From: Candidatus Multivorans sp.
Lineage (GTDB): Bacteria; Acidobacteriota; Thermoanaerobaculia; Multivoradales; Multivoraceae
Assembly: GCA_965247095.1 (NCBI GenBank)
Contig: OZ251997.1
Coordinates: 608,001-672,000 of the forward strand
Direction: 5' to 3'
Length of the DNA: 64,000 bases
In this document: positions 49,892 to 62,673 of the stretch, in pieces
Numbering within the stretch: position 1 is the first letter of the stretch
Layout: the number at the start of each line of letters is the position of its first letter
Translations under genes and position numbers: made by a program
The notes under the pieces: model-generated
Seen by the model: the letters and a program-made list of their open reading frames with translations, nothing else
The model's database searches: none
What the model was told of the DNA's origin: nothing

Positions 49892-51400
49892 ATGCGTTGC
49901 CCACTCGATACGGCTGCCCGCGCCCAAGGCCCATCTTCTTGGGCGTACGGGACTTGTCTCGCAGTCGGCGTCCTGGCTGCGGTGGTGCTGGGCTGCGCGC
50001 ACACGAGCGTGCTCGAGCGCATTCCGGAGGTGGCGGAACCGCCCGCCGAGTTCGATCGGGGCGTCGACCTGGAGACCGCCGCGGAGGCGCCCGGCGCCTG
50101 CGGCGCCCTGGGCGACGAGACCCTGCGGGAGCTGCAGGACCGGCTGGCCGGTCAAAGCTTCGACCTTCAGGCCGCGTGGAGCCGGGTCGAGGCGGCCGAT
50201 GCCCGCGCCCGGGAGAGCGGCGCCTACCTGATGCCGCGCGTCGACGCCACCCTGACGGGGAATGAACTGACCTTCCCGAGCAGCGGGATCGTCAACCAGT
50301 TCCTGCTGCAGGGCGCGGCTTTCGACGCCAGTCTGGCGGCCGGCTTCGAGATCGATCTCTGGGGCCGGTTGCGGAATCGGGAAGTGGCGGCCCTGCTGGA
50401 TGCCGAGGCAAGCGTTCAGGATCTGCGCTCGCTCGCCATCACGATGTCATCGGTGCTGGCCGAAGTGTGGTTCGGCATCGTCGCCGAGCGCGAGCTGATC
50501 GCGCTCCTCGATAGTCAGCAACTGACTTCGGAGCGATTCCTGGAACTCACCCAACTCCGGTTCGGCCAGGGACTGGGTCCCGCCCAGGACATCGGCCGCC
50601 AGCGGGAGCAGTTGCTGAGCCTCCAGGGCCGGATCGAGCTGGCCCGCGGACGGTTGGAGTCACTGGAGTTCCAGCTCGCGGTGCTCCTGGGCAGCGGGGA
50701 GCGCCAGACGCCGGCCGACTCGCCTGGTCTCGGGCCGCTTCTGGAAGCAGCGGGGCAGCCGGGTCTCGGAGTACCGGCCGAGTTGCTGGAGCGGAGGCCC
50801 GATCTGCTGGCTGCGCGCCGCAGGGTCGAAGCGGCCGACCGGCGCGCGGCGGCGGCGGTGAAGGAATGGCTGCCGTCCCTGTCTCTGAACGCCCTCTTGA
50901 CCGGTCGCGCGCTGGAGATCGTCGACGTGCTGGACGACCTGGTGCGGCAGATCGGCGGCGGCGCGTCGCAGGCACTCTACGGCGGCGGGGGGCGGCGGGC
51001 GCGGATCGACCAGGCGTACGCGGCGGCCGAAGAGAGTCTTTACGCCTATGCGCAGTCCCTGGTCAATGCCGTCGGCGAGGTGCAGACGGCGCTTGCGGTG
51101 GGCCGGAGCACCCGCGAACTGGTCGCCAACCTCCAGGAGCGGCTCGGGGAGGCGCGCCGGGTGCTGCTCCTGACCAGCGAGTCCTACCGGGAGGGGGCGA
51201 CGGACTACCTGAACGTGCTGACCGCACTGCTCTCGCAGCAGGGACTTGAGCAGGCCCTGATCGATGCCCGGCGGCAGCAGCTCGGCAGCCGGCTGCAACT
51301 CTGCCGAGCGCTGGGCTTTGCACCGGGCACCTCGGTTGAGCGGCTGGCAGCTCGACTGGCGGCGGGTCCTCAGACGATCAGCACGGGAGGAGCATTCTGA
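49892..51400 (+). CDS. TolC/NodT family outer-membrane efflux lipoprotein
   Basis: Lipobox VVLGC; FEIDLWGRLR, PAELLERRPD, DYLNVL. Start uncertain. Confidence 0.9.
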   Translation: MRCPLDTAARAQGPSSWAYGTCLAVGVLAAVVLGCAHTSVLERIPEVAEPPAEFDRGVDLETAAEAPGACGALGDETLRELQDRLAGQSFDLQAAWSRVEAADARARESGAYLMPRVDATLTGNELTFPSSGIVNQFLLQGAAFDASLAAGFEIDLWGRLRNREVAALLDAEASVQDLRSLAITMSSVLAEVWFGIVAERELIALLDSQQLTSERFLELTQLRFGQGLGPAQDIGRQREQLLSLQGRIELARGRLESLEFQLAVLLGSGERQTPADSPGLGPLLEAAGQPGLGVPAELLERRPDLLAARRRVEAADRRAAAAVKEWLPSLSLNALLTGRALEIVDVLDDLVRQIGGGASQALYGGGGRRARIDQAYAAAEESLYAYAQSLVNAVGEVQTALAVGRSTRELVANLQERLGEARRVLLLTSESYREGATDYLNVLTALLSQQGLEQALIDARRQQLGSRLQLCRALGFAPGTSVERLAARLAAGPQTISTGGAF

Positions 51401-52667
51401 TGGCCACTCTGGCCCGGGTTGGACTTGTCGTGCTCGTGTTGGTGGTGGCTGTGGTGGTCGCGCTGGGGATCATCCGTTCTAGCCCGCAGGCAGTGCAGGT
51501 CCCGGCTGAGGATTTGGGCGTGTTGGTCGAAGTAGCCGAAGTGAGGCGTCTTCCACGGCGCATCGACGTCGAAGCGCAGGGCACGGTCGTGCCGGCCCAG
51601 CGGGTCGTCGTGCAGCCCCAGGTCAGTGGCCGCATCGATGCCGTAGCGGCGGACCTCGCTCCCGGGACCATCCTCCGGGAAGGCGACCTGATCTTCGCCA
51701 TCGAGGACGCCGACTTCAGGTTGGCGGTGGCCAGGGCGACCGCCGCGGTCTCCGAGGCGGCGGCTCAAATGGAACTCGAACAGGGCCGGGGCCGCGTCGC
51801 CGAGCGTGAATGGGAGCTGTTCCAGGACGAGCTGGACGCGGAGCAGAAGGCGGCTTCGCTCGCCCTGCGAGAGCCCCAACTGCGCTCGCGGCTCTCGGCT
51901 GTCCAGACGGCGCGCGCCAACCTCGCGCGCGCCAGACTGGACCTGGAGCGCACGGTCGTCCGCAGCCCCTTCAACGCAGTGGTTCTCTCCGAGTCGATCG
52001 AGGTCGGGCAGATCGTGACGCCGCAGAGTCAGGCAGTGACCTTGGCTGGCACGGATGCCTTCTGGGTGCGCGCCGCGGTCCGTACGGAGGAACTCGCTCA
52101 ACTGAGGGTGCCGGGTCTGCACGGGGCCGCCCATGGTTCGCGTGCCCTGGTGCGGCTCGATGCGGAGAACGGTGACGTTCTGCCGGGCCGCATCGTCCGT
52201 CTTCTCGGCGATCTCGACACCGCCGGCCGGATGGCCCGGGTGCTGGTCGAAGTCGCGGATCCGCTCGGACTCGGGAGTGGGGCCGGCAGAGGCGATCGCC
52301 GCGGGTTGCTGCTCCTCGACAGCTATGTCGATCTGATGCTCGAGGGCGCCACCGTCCGCGACCTGTTCGAGGTGCCCCGCGAGTGGCTGCACGAAGGGGG
52401 GAATCTGCGGATGTACAGCGACGGGCGCCTTGAGTTGCGCCCGGTCGAGGTCGCGTGGCGCTTCGAGGACAGTGTTTGCATCGACGGCGGCCTGAACGAG
52501 GGAGAAATGGTCGTGACCAGTCGCCTTGCGACCCCGATTGAAGGGATGAAGCTGCGCCGGGTCGACGATGCGCCGCCGAGGGTCGCGTCGGAGTTCCTGT
52601 CGGCGGCGAGTCTCTGGGATGTCTCGGCGTGGGGGAGCGGAGCGGAAGGTGCCGGTGAGGTGCCGCG

Positions 52668-52671
<4 letters not shown>
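51400..52671 (+). CDS. RND efflux periplasmic adaptor subunit
   Basis: N-terminal TM helix; PQVSGRI, LERTVVRSPF, GLNEGE.VV. Confidence 0.9.
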
Positions 52672-55931
<3,260 letters not shown>

Positions 55932-55966
55932 GGACGGGTTGGTCCCCCGGCAGCGCCGCCCCCGTC

Positions 55967-56695
55967 ATGGACGATCTGGTTCGGGCCTGCGAGCGGCTTT
56001 GGCCAATCGGCATCTCGATCTTCCTCTCCCACAATGCCCGGTTCCGCAATCCACTGGCGCCCGCCGACCGGGAGGCCCTGGCGGACTCGGAGGCGGCACG
56101 GGATCCGGCGGTCGTGGCGGTCGTCGCCGAGGAGTTGCCGAGCCGGCTGGACCGGCTTGAGCGGGGCACCTACTTCCCGGCGCCCCTGGCCCGCGCGGTG
56201 GCGGCGGGCCGACCCTTCGACGACGCCCTGATGTCGTTCCACTACCCGCCGATCACGGTGGACGCGGACCGGCGCTGGGTCTGGAAGGGCCGTCCGGTGG
56301 CCGACCGCATCCGCCGCTTCTTCATCCAGCACATCTGCTACGAGCCGTCGCTCGGCGTCTACTTCGTGGAGTACCGCGTCAACGACGGCTGGTGGGACAA
56401 GTGCTACCTCGACTGCGTCACCACGCCGCTCGTTGCCATTCAGGTACGGGAAGATGCCAAGGCTGGTACGGGCGAAGTCGTTGCCGACCTGAACAACGGC
56501 CGCACCGACGCCCTCGATCCCGATTCACTGCGCCTCGACGAGCAGGAACGGCTGTTCGCGTCGTCGGCGCAGCACGGGCTGGTCGAAATCGCGGACACAC
56601 CCCGCTTTGCGTTGCTGCGCACGGCGTCCGAGGACTGCCGGACCGTGGAGTTCGCCGGCGCCCGGCGAACCCTCCACTGGCCGGAAGACGGCTAG
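55967..56695 (+). CDS. Hypothetical protein with a DUF1285-like C-terminal region
   Basis: Coding-like codon usage; ITVDADRRWVWKG..TPLV..LNNG..LDPDSL recalls DUF1285. Confidence 0.55.
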   Translation: MDDLVRACERLWPIGISIFLSHNARFRNPLAPADREALADSEAARDPAVVAVVAEELPSRLDRLERGTYFPAPLARAVAAGRPFDDALMSFHYPPITVDADRRWVWKGRPVADRIRRFFIQHICYEPSLGVYFVEYRVNDGWWDKCYLDCVTTPLVAIQVREDAKAGTGEVVADLNNGRTDALDPDSLRLDEQERLFASSAQHGLVEIADTPRFALLRTASEDCRTVEFAGARRTLHWPEDG

Positions 56696-56703
56696 CTGCC
56701 TCC

Positions 56704-59466
56704 TCAGCCCTCCACCGGATTGCCGTCGGCGTCCAGGAACCGCATTTCGCCGAGGTTGAGGGCTCGGATCTTGTCCTCGATCACGACCCGGTCACCGACC
56801 ACGATCCAGACCAGGTTGTCCGGCTGCAGCGCGCGGTCGGCCTGGGCCTTGACGTCGGCCAGGGTGACGCCACGTACGGCATCGGCGAAGGTGTCCCAGT
56901 AGTCAGAGGGCAAGCCGAAGCGGGTCGTCTCGGCGATGCTGGCCATCACCGACGTGTTCGTCTCCCAGCGACCCGGCAGGGTCAGCGTGTTCTGGTCGGT
57001 GACCCGGCTGAGCTCCGCCTGGGTCGGCGGCGTGCCGCCGCCGCTGCGGATGCCGCGCAGTTCCTTGTCGATCTCGGCCATCGACTCCGCCGTCTTGTCG
57101 GTCTGGACCGGGGCGTAGGCGTAGTAGGGCCGCTGCCCTGCCGCGTCCAGCAGGATGGCGCGAGCGCCGTACGACCAGTGCTTGTCCTCGCGCAGGTTCA
57201 TGTTGATCCGCGAGGTGAAGCTGCCGCCAATGATGTCGTTCATCGATTCGATCTGGAGGTTCGCGGCGTCGTTCTTCGGTGGCGCGACCTGGCCGGCGAA
57301 GATGATCGACTGCGCCGAGTCCGGGCGGTCGATCATGTAGACGACTGTTTCAGGCTGCGGTTCGACCTCAGCCAGGTTCTTTTCCGGCACGTCGCCCGGC
57401 GCCCAGTCCGAGAACCGGGCTTCGATCGCGGGCTCGAGCTCCGCCATCGCGATGTCCCCGACGACGATCAGGGTCGCGTTGTTGGGACGGAACCAGGTGT
57501 CATGGAAGGCGCGCAGCGAGTCGAGCGTGAGTTCGTTCACCGAGGCCTCGGTTCCCGAGCCGGTCAGCGGGTTGCTGTAGGCGTGGCCGTCGCCGTAGAG
57601 GATGCGCGGCAGGACGCGCTGGGCCATCGACACCGGCTGGACCTTCTCGCGGCCGATGGCGGCGAGTTGCTGGCTGCGCCGGCGGTCGAACTCGTCCTCC
57701 GGGAACGCGGGATTCAGAATCACGTCGGCGAAGAGATCGAGCGACGCGTCGAGGTTCGAGGTGAGGGCACTCATCATGACCCGCGACGTGTCCAGGGTCG
57801 AAGCGGCGCCCAGCGTGGCGCCGAGGGTGGCGAGCTCTTCCGAGATCTCGAGCGCGTTCCGCGACGACGTGCCCTCGTCGAGCATGTCCATCGCCATCCG
57901 CGCGGTGCCGGCCAGCGAGAACTGGTCCGAGGCGTAGCCGGCATCGAGCTGCAGAGCCAGGTTGACGACCGGGACCGCGTCGCGCTGGGCGAGGATGACC
58001 TTCAATCCGTTCGACAGCTCCGTCGTCTCGCGCGCGGGGAAGGAGGCCGACGGGAACTCGGTGACCTCGGGCGGCCCGCTGGAACGGTCGACCGCGCTCT
58101 CGGTCGCCGTGTAGGTGGGGAAGGGTTGCACTTCGACGGTCAGGGCGCCGGCTGAGAGCCACTCGGCCGCTGCGTCGTGAACGTCGGCGACGGTTGCGTT
58201 CGCCAGGTTCTCCTGGGTTCGCACGTGGCCGTCCGGGCTGCCGAGATAGACCTCGCTCGCGGCCAGGACGTCCGACTTGCCGCCGAAACCGCCGATGCGC
58301 TCGACGCCGCGGATGAACACCGCCTTCTGGCTGGCCTGCGCGCGCTCGAGTTCGGCCTGGGTCGGGCCCGCTTCGAGGAAGGCGCCAAGCTCCTCATCGA
58401 GCACGGCTTCCACCTCGGCGAGATCCTGGTCCGGCTGAGCCGTCGCAATGACCAGGAACAGGCTGCCGAACTCGCGTGTCATCGCAAACGCCGAAACGTC
58501 CGTGGCGATCTGGTCGTCGTAGACCAGCCGCTTGTGGAGGCGCGAGCTCTTGCCGCCGGCCAGGATGTCGCTAGCGAGGCTGAGGTGGTCGACCGAGGCG
58601 TCCTTCACCGTAGGGACGTTCCAGGCCTTGTAGACGCGGGCCTGCGGCACCCGGTCCTGGAGCAGCATACGGCTCTCCTCACTGCGGCGCGCGAGGGAGA
58701 CATCGGGCTTGATCAACGGCGGCCCCGAGGGGATGTGGCCGAAGTACTTCTCGACCCGCGCCTTGACGTCCTCGGCCTCGACATCGCCGGCGACCACCAG
58801 CACCGCGTTGGCGGCGCCGTACCAGGTCTGGAACCACTCGTGCACGTCTTCGAGTGAGGCGGCGTTCAGATCCTCCAACGAACCGATCGTCGAATGGTCG
58901 TAGGGATGGCCGTCCGGATAGGTGTTCTCGAAGATCGTGAGGAAGACCTTGCCGTAGGGCTGGTTCTCGCCCTGGCGCTTCTCGTTCTGGACCACGCCGC
59001 GCTGCTCATCGAGCCGGGCCTGGGTCACGGCCGCCCGCATGTGTCCCATGCGGTCGGACTCCATCCACAGCGCCATGTCGAGCGCGGTCGTCGGTACGAC
59101 CTGGAAGTAGTTCGTGCGGTCCTGGTTCGTCGTCCCGTTCATGCCGGTGGCGCCGACGCGGTCGAAGGGCTTGAAGTAGTCATCGTTGAAGTGCTCGCTG
59201 CCGTTGAACATCAGGTGCTCGAACAGGTGCGCGAAGCCGGTCTTGCCCATCTTCTCGTCGCCGGCGCCGACGTCGTACCAGACGTTGACGGCGACGATCG
59301 GCGCCTTGTGGTCCTCGTGGACGATCAGCCGGAGGCCGTTGTCGAGCACGTACTTCGTGTACGGAATGTCGACCACATCGGCGCCCGCGGAGGACGCGTC
59401 ATTCGCGGGACCGCCGCAGGCGGCGAGGAGCGAGAGGGCAAGAGCGATTCCGAGCAGTCGTTTCAC
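56704..59466 (-). CDS. M16 family zinc protease (pitrilysin/PqqL-like) lipoprotein
   Basis: Lipobox LLAAC; GFAHLFEHLMF (HxxEH); two-half architecture; AGGAG RBS. Confidence 0.93.
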   Translation of the reverse strand: MKRLLGIALALSLLAACGGPANDASSAGADVVDIPYTKYVLDNGLRLIVHEDHKAPIVAVNVWYDVGAGDEKMGKTGFAHLFEHLMFNGSEHFNDDYFKPFDRVGATGMNGTTNQDRTNYFQVVPTTALDMALWMESDRMGHMRAAVTQARLDEQRGVVQNEKRQGENQPYGKVFLTIFENTYPDGHPYDHSTIGSLEDLNAASLEDVHEWFQTWYGAANAVLVVAGDVEAEDVKARVEKYFGHIPSGPPLIKPDVSLARRSEESRMLLQDRVPQARVYKAWNVPTVKDASVDHLSLASDILAGGKSSRLHKRLVYDDQIATDVSAFAMTREFGSLFLVIATAQPDQDLAEVEAVLDEELGAFLEAGPTQAELERAQASQKAVFIRGVERIGGFGGKSDVLAASEVYLGSPDGHVRTQENLANATVADVHDAAAEWLSAGALTVEVQPFPTYTATESAVDRSSGPPEVTEFPSASFPARETTELSNGLKVILAQRDAVPVVNLALQLDAGYASDQFSLAGTARMAMDMLDEGTSSRNALEISEELATLGATLGAASTLDTSRVMMSALTSNLDASLDLFADVILNPAFPEDEFDRRRSQQLAAIGREKVQPVSMAQRVLPRILYGDGHAYSNPLTGSGTEASVNELTLDSLRAFHDTWFRPNNATLIVVGDIAMAELEPAIEARFSDWAPGDVPEKNLAEVEPQPETVVYMIDRPDSAQSIIFAGQVAPPKNDAANLQIESMNDIIGGSFTSRINMNLREDKHWSYGARAILLDAAGQRPYYAYAPVQTDKTAESMAEIDKELRGIRSGGGTPPTQAELSRVTDQNTLTLPGRWETNTSVMASIAETTRFGLPSDYWDTFADAVRGVTLADVKAQADRALQPDNLVWIVVGDRVVIEDKIRALNLGEMRFLDADGNPVEG

Positions 59467-59532
59467 GGTGGTCTCCTGAGCTGGGATGAGGGCGAGGTGG
59501 AATCCTAGGCGGAGGCGGGATTCGCGGTTCGC

Positions 59533-61443
59533 CTACCAGGCGATGCCGTAGTCCTCGCCGAAGTCGCTGGCGCCGCCCCACATGGTGCCGTTGTCCCGGT
59601 CGAACCAGATGGCGGTGATCGGCCCCGAGGTGCGGTCGAGCGCGCGTACACGGTACCCCATGTTGCGGAGTTCTTCGCGCACCCACGGCGGCACGTCCTG
59701 GCGGACGTCGATGTCTCCCGGCCGGGACTCGTGGGCGCCGAAGGAACTCTGCATCTGGTGGCTGGTGATGTTCGCCGCCTCCACCGCCTGCTGGACGTTC
59801 ATGCCGAACTCGACCACGCCCAAGAAGAACTGGAGCAGATTCTGATCCTGGGTGTCGCCGCTCTGGACGGCGAAGGACAGGTACGGCGATCCGTCCAGAA
59901 GCGCCATGCCGGGAGTCAGGGTGGCGCGCGGGCGCTTGCCCGGCTCGGGCAGGTTGTACGGGTTGAGCCTCGGGTCGAGCACGAAGCTTTGCATCCGCTG
60001 ACTCATGCCGATGCCGGTACGGCCCGCGATCACGGCGGGAATCCAGGCGCCGCTGGGCGTGACCGAAACGACCCAGCCGTCGGCGTCGGCGGCCTGGATC
60101 GAGGTCGTACCGGCTGTAAACGCTTCATCGTAGGTCATCCGGGGCAGGGTGGTCGGGCCGGGGCCGGCTGCCGCCTGCTGGAACCCCCGCTCGCCTTCGG
60201 CGTCCGCCGCCGGCGGGATCGGAGTCCACTGTTCGAGCAGGTCGAGGAACGGGTTCTCCCCATCCTGGAAGTCGTAGGGGTTCCCCGGGTGCGCGTCCTC
60301 GTCGTTCTTCGCCCAGTCGATCGACTCGTAGCGGGCGCGGGCGTAGTCTTTCGAGAGCAGGCCTTCAAGCGGCTCTTCCGGCGGGTAGTAGGGGTCGCCG
60401 TAGTAGAAGTCGCGGTCCGCGAAGGCGAGGTTCATCGCCTGGTACAGGGTGTGGATGTAGCGGGCCGAGTTGTAGCCCATCGACACGAGATCGGCGTTCT
60501 CGAGGATGTTCAGCGTCTGGAGCATGACCGGCCCCTGCACCCAGGAGGTCAGCTTGTAGACGTCGACGCCGCGGTAGTTCGTGCGCACCGGCGCCTCGAT
60601 GTGGACCTGCCAGCGGTCGAGGTCGGCCATCGTGTGCAGCCCGCCGAGCTCCTGCGAGCCGCGAACGAACTCTTCGGCGATGTCGCCGCGGTAGAAGCGA
60701 TCGTAGGCGGCGGCCAATGCCTGCTCGCGCGTCTTGCCGTTCTTGAGCGCCGCGGCCTCGGCGTCGACCAGCTTGCGCAAGGTGTCCAGCAGGTCCGGCT
60801 GGCGGAAGATCTCGCCGGCGCGCGGCGCCGCGCGAACCTCGCCCCCCTTTGACGACGACAAGTGGGGCAGAAACACCCTGGCCGAGTCCGGCCACTGCTG
60901 CAGCATCTCCTTGCGGCGCTCCATGTTGTCCGCCTGGGCGCGCTCGATCGGATAGCCGTCGGCCATCTGCATCGCGGGTTCGAGCACCTCGGCGAGGCTC
61001 ATCGAGCCGTAGTGCGCGAGCATCACGATGAGTCCGCCCGGGGTGCCCGGCGTGACCGCGGCGAGCGGACCGTACTCCGGCGGATAGACGAAGCCTCGCT
61101 CGCGGAAGAGCTCGACCGTGGCGCCGGTGGGAGCGACACCGAGCGCGTTGATCCCGACGACTTCGCGAGTGCGCGGATCGAAGATCAGGGCCTGCGTTTC
61201 GCCACCCCAGCCGAGCGTGTCCCACATGGTCGAGGTCGCGGCCAGCATCGCGCAGGTGGCGTCGACCGCGTTGCCGCCGCGGGCGAACACCGTCGCACCG
61301 GCCGTCGCCGCCAGCGGTTTGCCGGTTACGGCGACCCAGTGGCGACCGTGCAGGACCGGCTTGACGGTGCGCTGGGCTTCGGCAGCCGTCACGGCGCAGG
61401 CGAGGGCCAGGGCGCTGATCGCCACAACAGGTCGTCTTGTCAT
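59533..61443 (-). CDS. ggt: Gamma-glutamyltransferase, secreted
   Basis: Signal peptide; GGNAVDA, FYRGDIA, AFADRD, GTTS (catalytic Thr), PGKRP. Confidence 0.9.
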   Translation of the reverse strand: MTRRPVVAISALALACAVTAAEAQRTVKPVLHGRHWVAVTGKPLAATAGATVFARGGNAVDATCAMLAATSTMWDTLGWGGETQALIFDPRTREVVGINALGVAPTGATVELFRERGFVYPPEYGPLAAVTPGTPGGLIVMLAHYGSMSLAEVLEPAMQMADGYPIERAQADNMERRKEMLQQWPDSARVFLPHLSSSKGGEVRAAPRAGEIFRQPDLLDTLRKLVDAEAAALKNGKTREQALAAAYDRFYRGDIAEEFVRGSQELGGLHTMADLDRWQVHIEAPVRTNYRGVDVYKLTSWVQGPVMLQTLNILENADLVSMGYNSARYIHTLYQAMNLAFADRDFYYGDPYYPPEEPLEGLLSKDYARARYESIDWAKNDEDAHPGNPYDFQDGENPFLDLLEQWTPIPPAADAEGERGFQQAAAGPGPTTLPRMTYDEAFTAGTTSIQAADADGWVVSVTPSGAWIPAVIAGRTGIGMSQRMQSFVLDPRLNPYNLPEPGKRPRATLTPGMALLDGSPYLSFAVQSGDTQDQNLLQFFLGVVEFGMNVQQAVEAANITSHQMQSSFGAHESRPGDIDVRQDVPPWVREELRNMGYRVRALDRTSGPITAIWFDRDNGTMWGGASDFGEDYGIAW

Positions 61444-61569
61444 CGCGGCAGCTTATCGCCGGTGAGGAGAAGGGCCGTTGGACCGCTGATAGCCTGCCGG
61501 TCCTTGTCGGGCCGGCGCGGCCAGTCGAAACGTCCCCGCGGTTTCCGGGGATTCAGGGGGGTTCCAAGG

Positions 61570-62673
61570 ATGAAAGCAGCCGTATTCCACGAGGTTGGTC
61601 AGCCGCTTGAGATCACCGACGTCTCGATCAGCAAGCCGGGACCGCACGAGATCCTGATCCGTTCGGCGGTGGTCGGTGTCTGCCACAGCGACCTGCACTT
61701 CGTGGACGGGCTGTGGCCGATCCGCACGCCCGCGATCCTCGGCCACGAGGCGTCCGGGATCGTCGAGCAGGTCGGCGCCGAAGTCCGCTACGTGAAGCCC
61801 GGCGACCACGTGATCACCTGCCTGTCGGTGTTCTGCGGTTACTGCGAGTACTGCATGAGCGGCGAACCGACGCTCTGCGACAAGCGGGCCACACGGCGGC
61901 CTAGGAGCGCCGAGCCGCGGCTGGCCCTTCCGCCCAGCAATGGCGGCGGTCCGCGGCCTGTCTCGCAGTTCGCCGATCTGGCGTCGTTCGCGGAGCAGAT
62001 GCTGGTGCATGAGAACGCGGTGGTGAAGATCCGCGAGGACATGCCGTTCGACCGCGCCGCGGTCATCGGTTGCGCGGTGACCACCGGCGTCGGCGCGGTC
62101 TTCCGCACGGCGCAGGTCGAACCGGGGTCGACGGTGGCTGTGATCGGATGCGGCGGCATCGGCCTGTCGACGATCAACGGTGCCGAACTCGCCGGCGCCG
62201 GGCGGGTCATCGCCATCGATCGGGTGGCCTCCAAGCTCGAACTGGCGCGGCAGTTCGGCGCCACGGACACGGTCGACGCGTCTGCCGGCGATCCGGTCGA
62301 ACAGGTGCGGGAGATGACCGGTGGCGGCGTCCACTACGCCTTCGAGGCGATCGGGCTCAAGGTCACCGCCGAGCAGGCGTGGGCGATGCTGCGGCCCGGC
62401 GGCACCGCGACCGTGATCGGCATGGTCCCGATGGGCGAGAAGATCGAGATTCCCGGCCATGAGATGCTCCAGGCGAAGGCGATCCAGGGCTGCGTCATGG
62501 GTTCGAACCGCTTCCGCATCGACATGCCGCGCCTGATCGACTTCTACCTGGCCGGCAAGCTGAAACTCGACGAGTTGATCTCGGACCGGGTCGATTTCTC
62601 CCAGGTCAACGAAGCGCTTCAGAACCTGAAGAACGGCGAGGTGGCGAGGCAGGTCATCGTGTTCGATGGCTAG
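61570..62673 (+). CDS. Zn-dependent alcohol dehydrogenase (class III-like MDR)
   Basis: GVCHSD, GHEASG, CGYCEYC..C, GCGGIG. Confidence 0.93.
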   Translation: MKAAVFHEVGQPLEITDVSISKPGPHEILIRSAVVGVCHSDLHFVDGLWPIRTPAILGHEASGIVEQVGAEVRYVKPGDHVITCLSVFCGYCEYCMSGEPTLCDKRATRRPRSAEPRLALPPSNGGGPRPVSQFADLASFAEQMLVHENAVVKIREDMPFDRAAVIGCAVTTGVGAVFRTAQVEPGSTVAVIGCGGIGLSTINGAELAGAGRVIAIDRVASKLELARQFGATDTVDASAGDPVEQVREMTGGGVHYAFEAIGLKVTAEQAWAMLRPGGTATVIGMVPMGEKIEIPGHEMLQAKAIQGCVMGSNRFRIDMPRLIDFYLAGKLKLDELISDRVDFSQVNEALQNLKNGEVARQVIVFDG

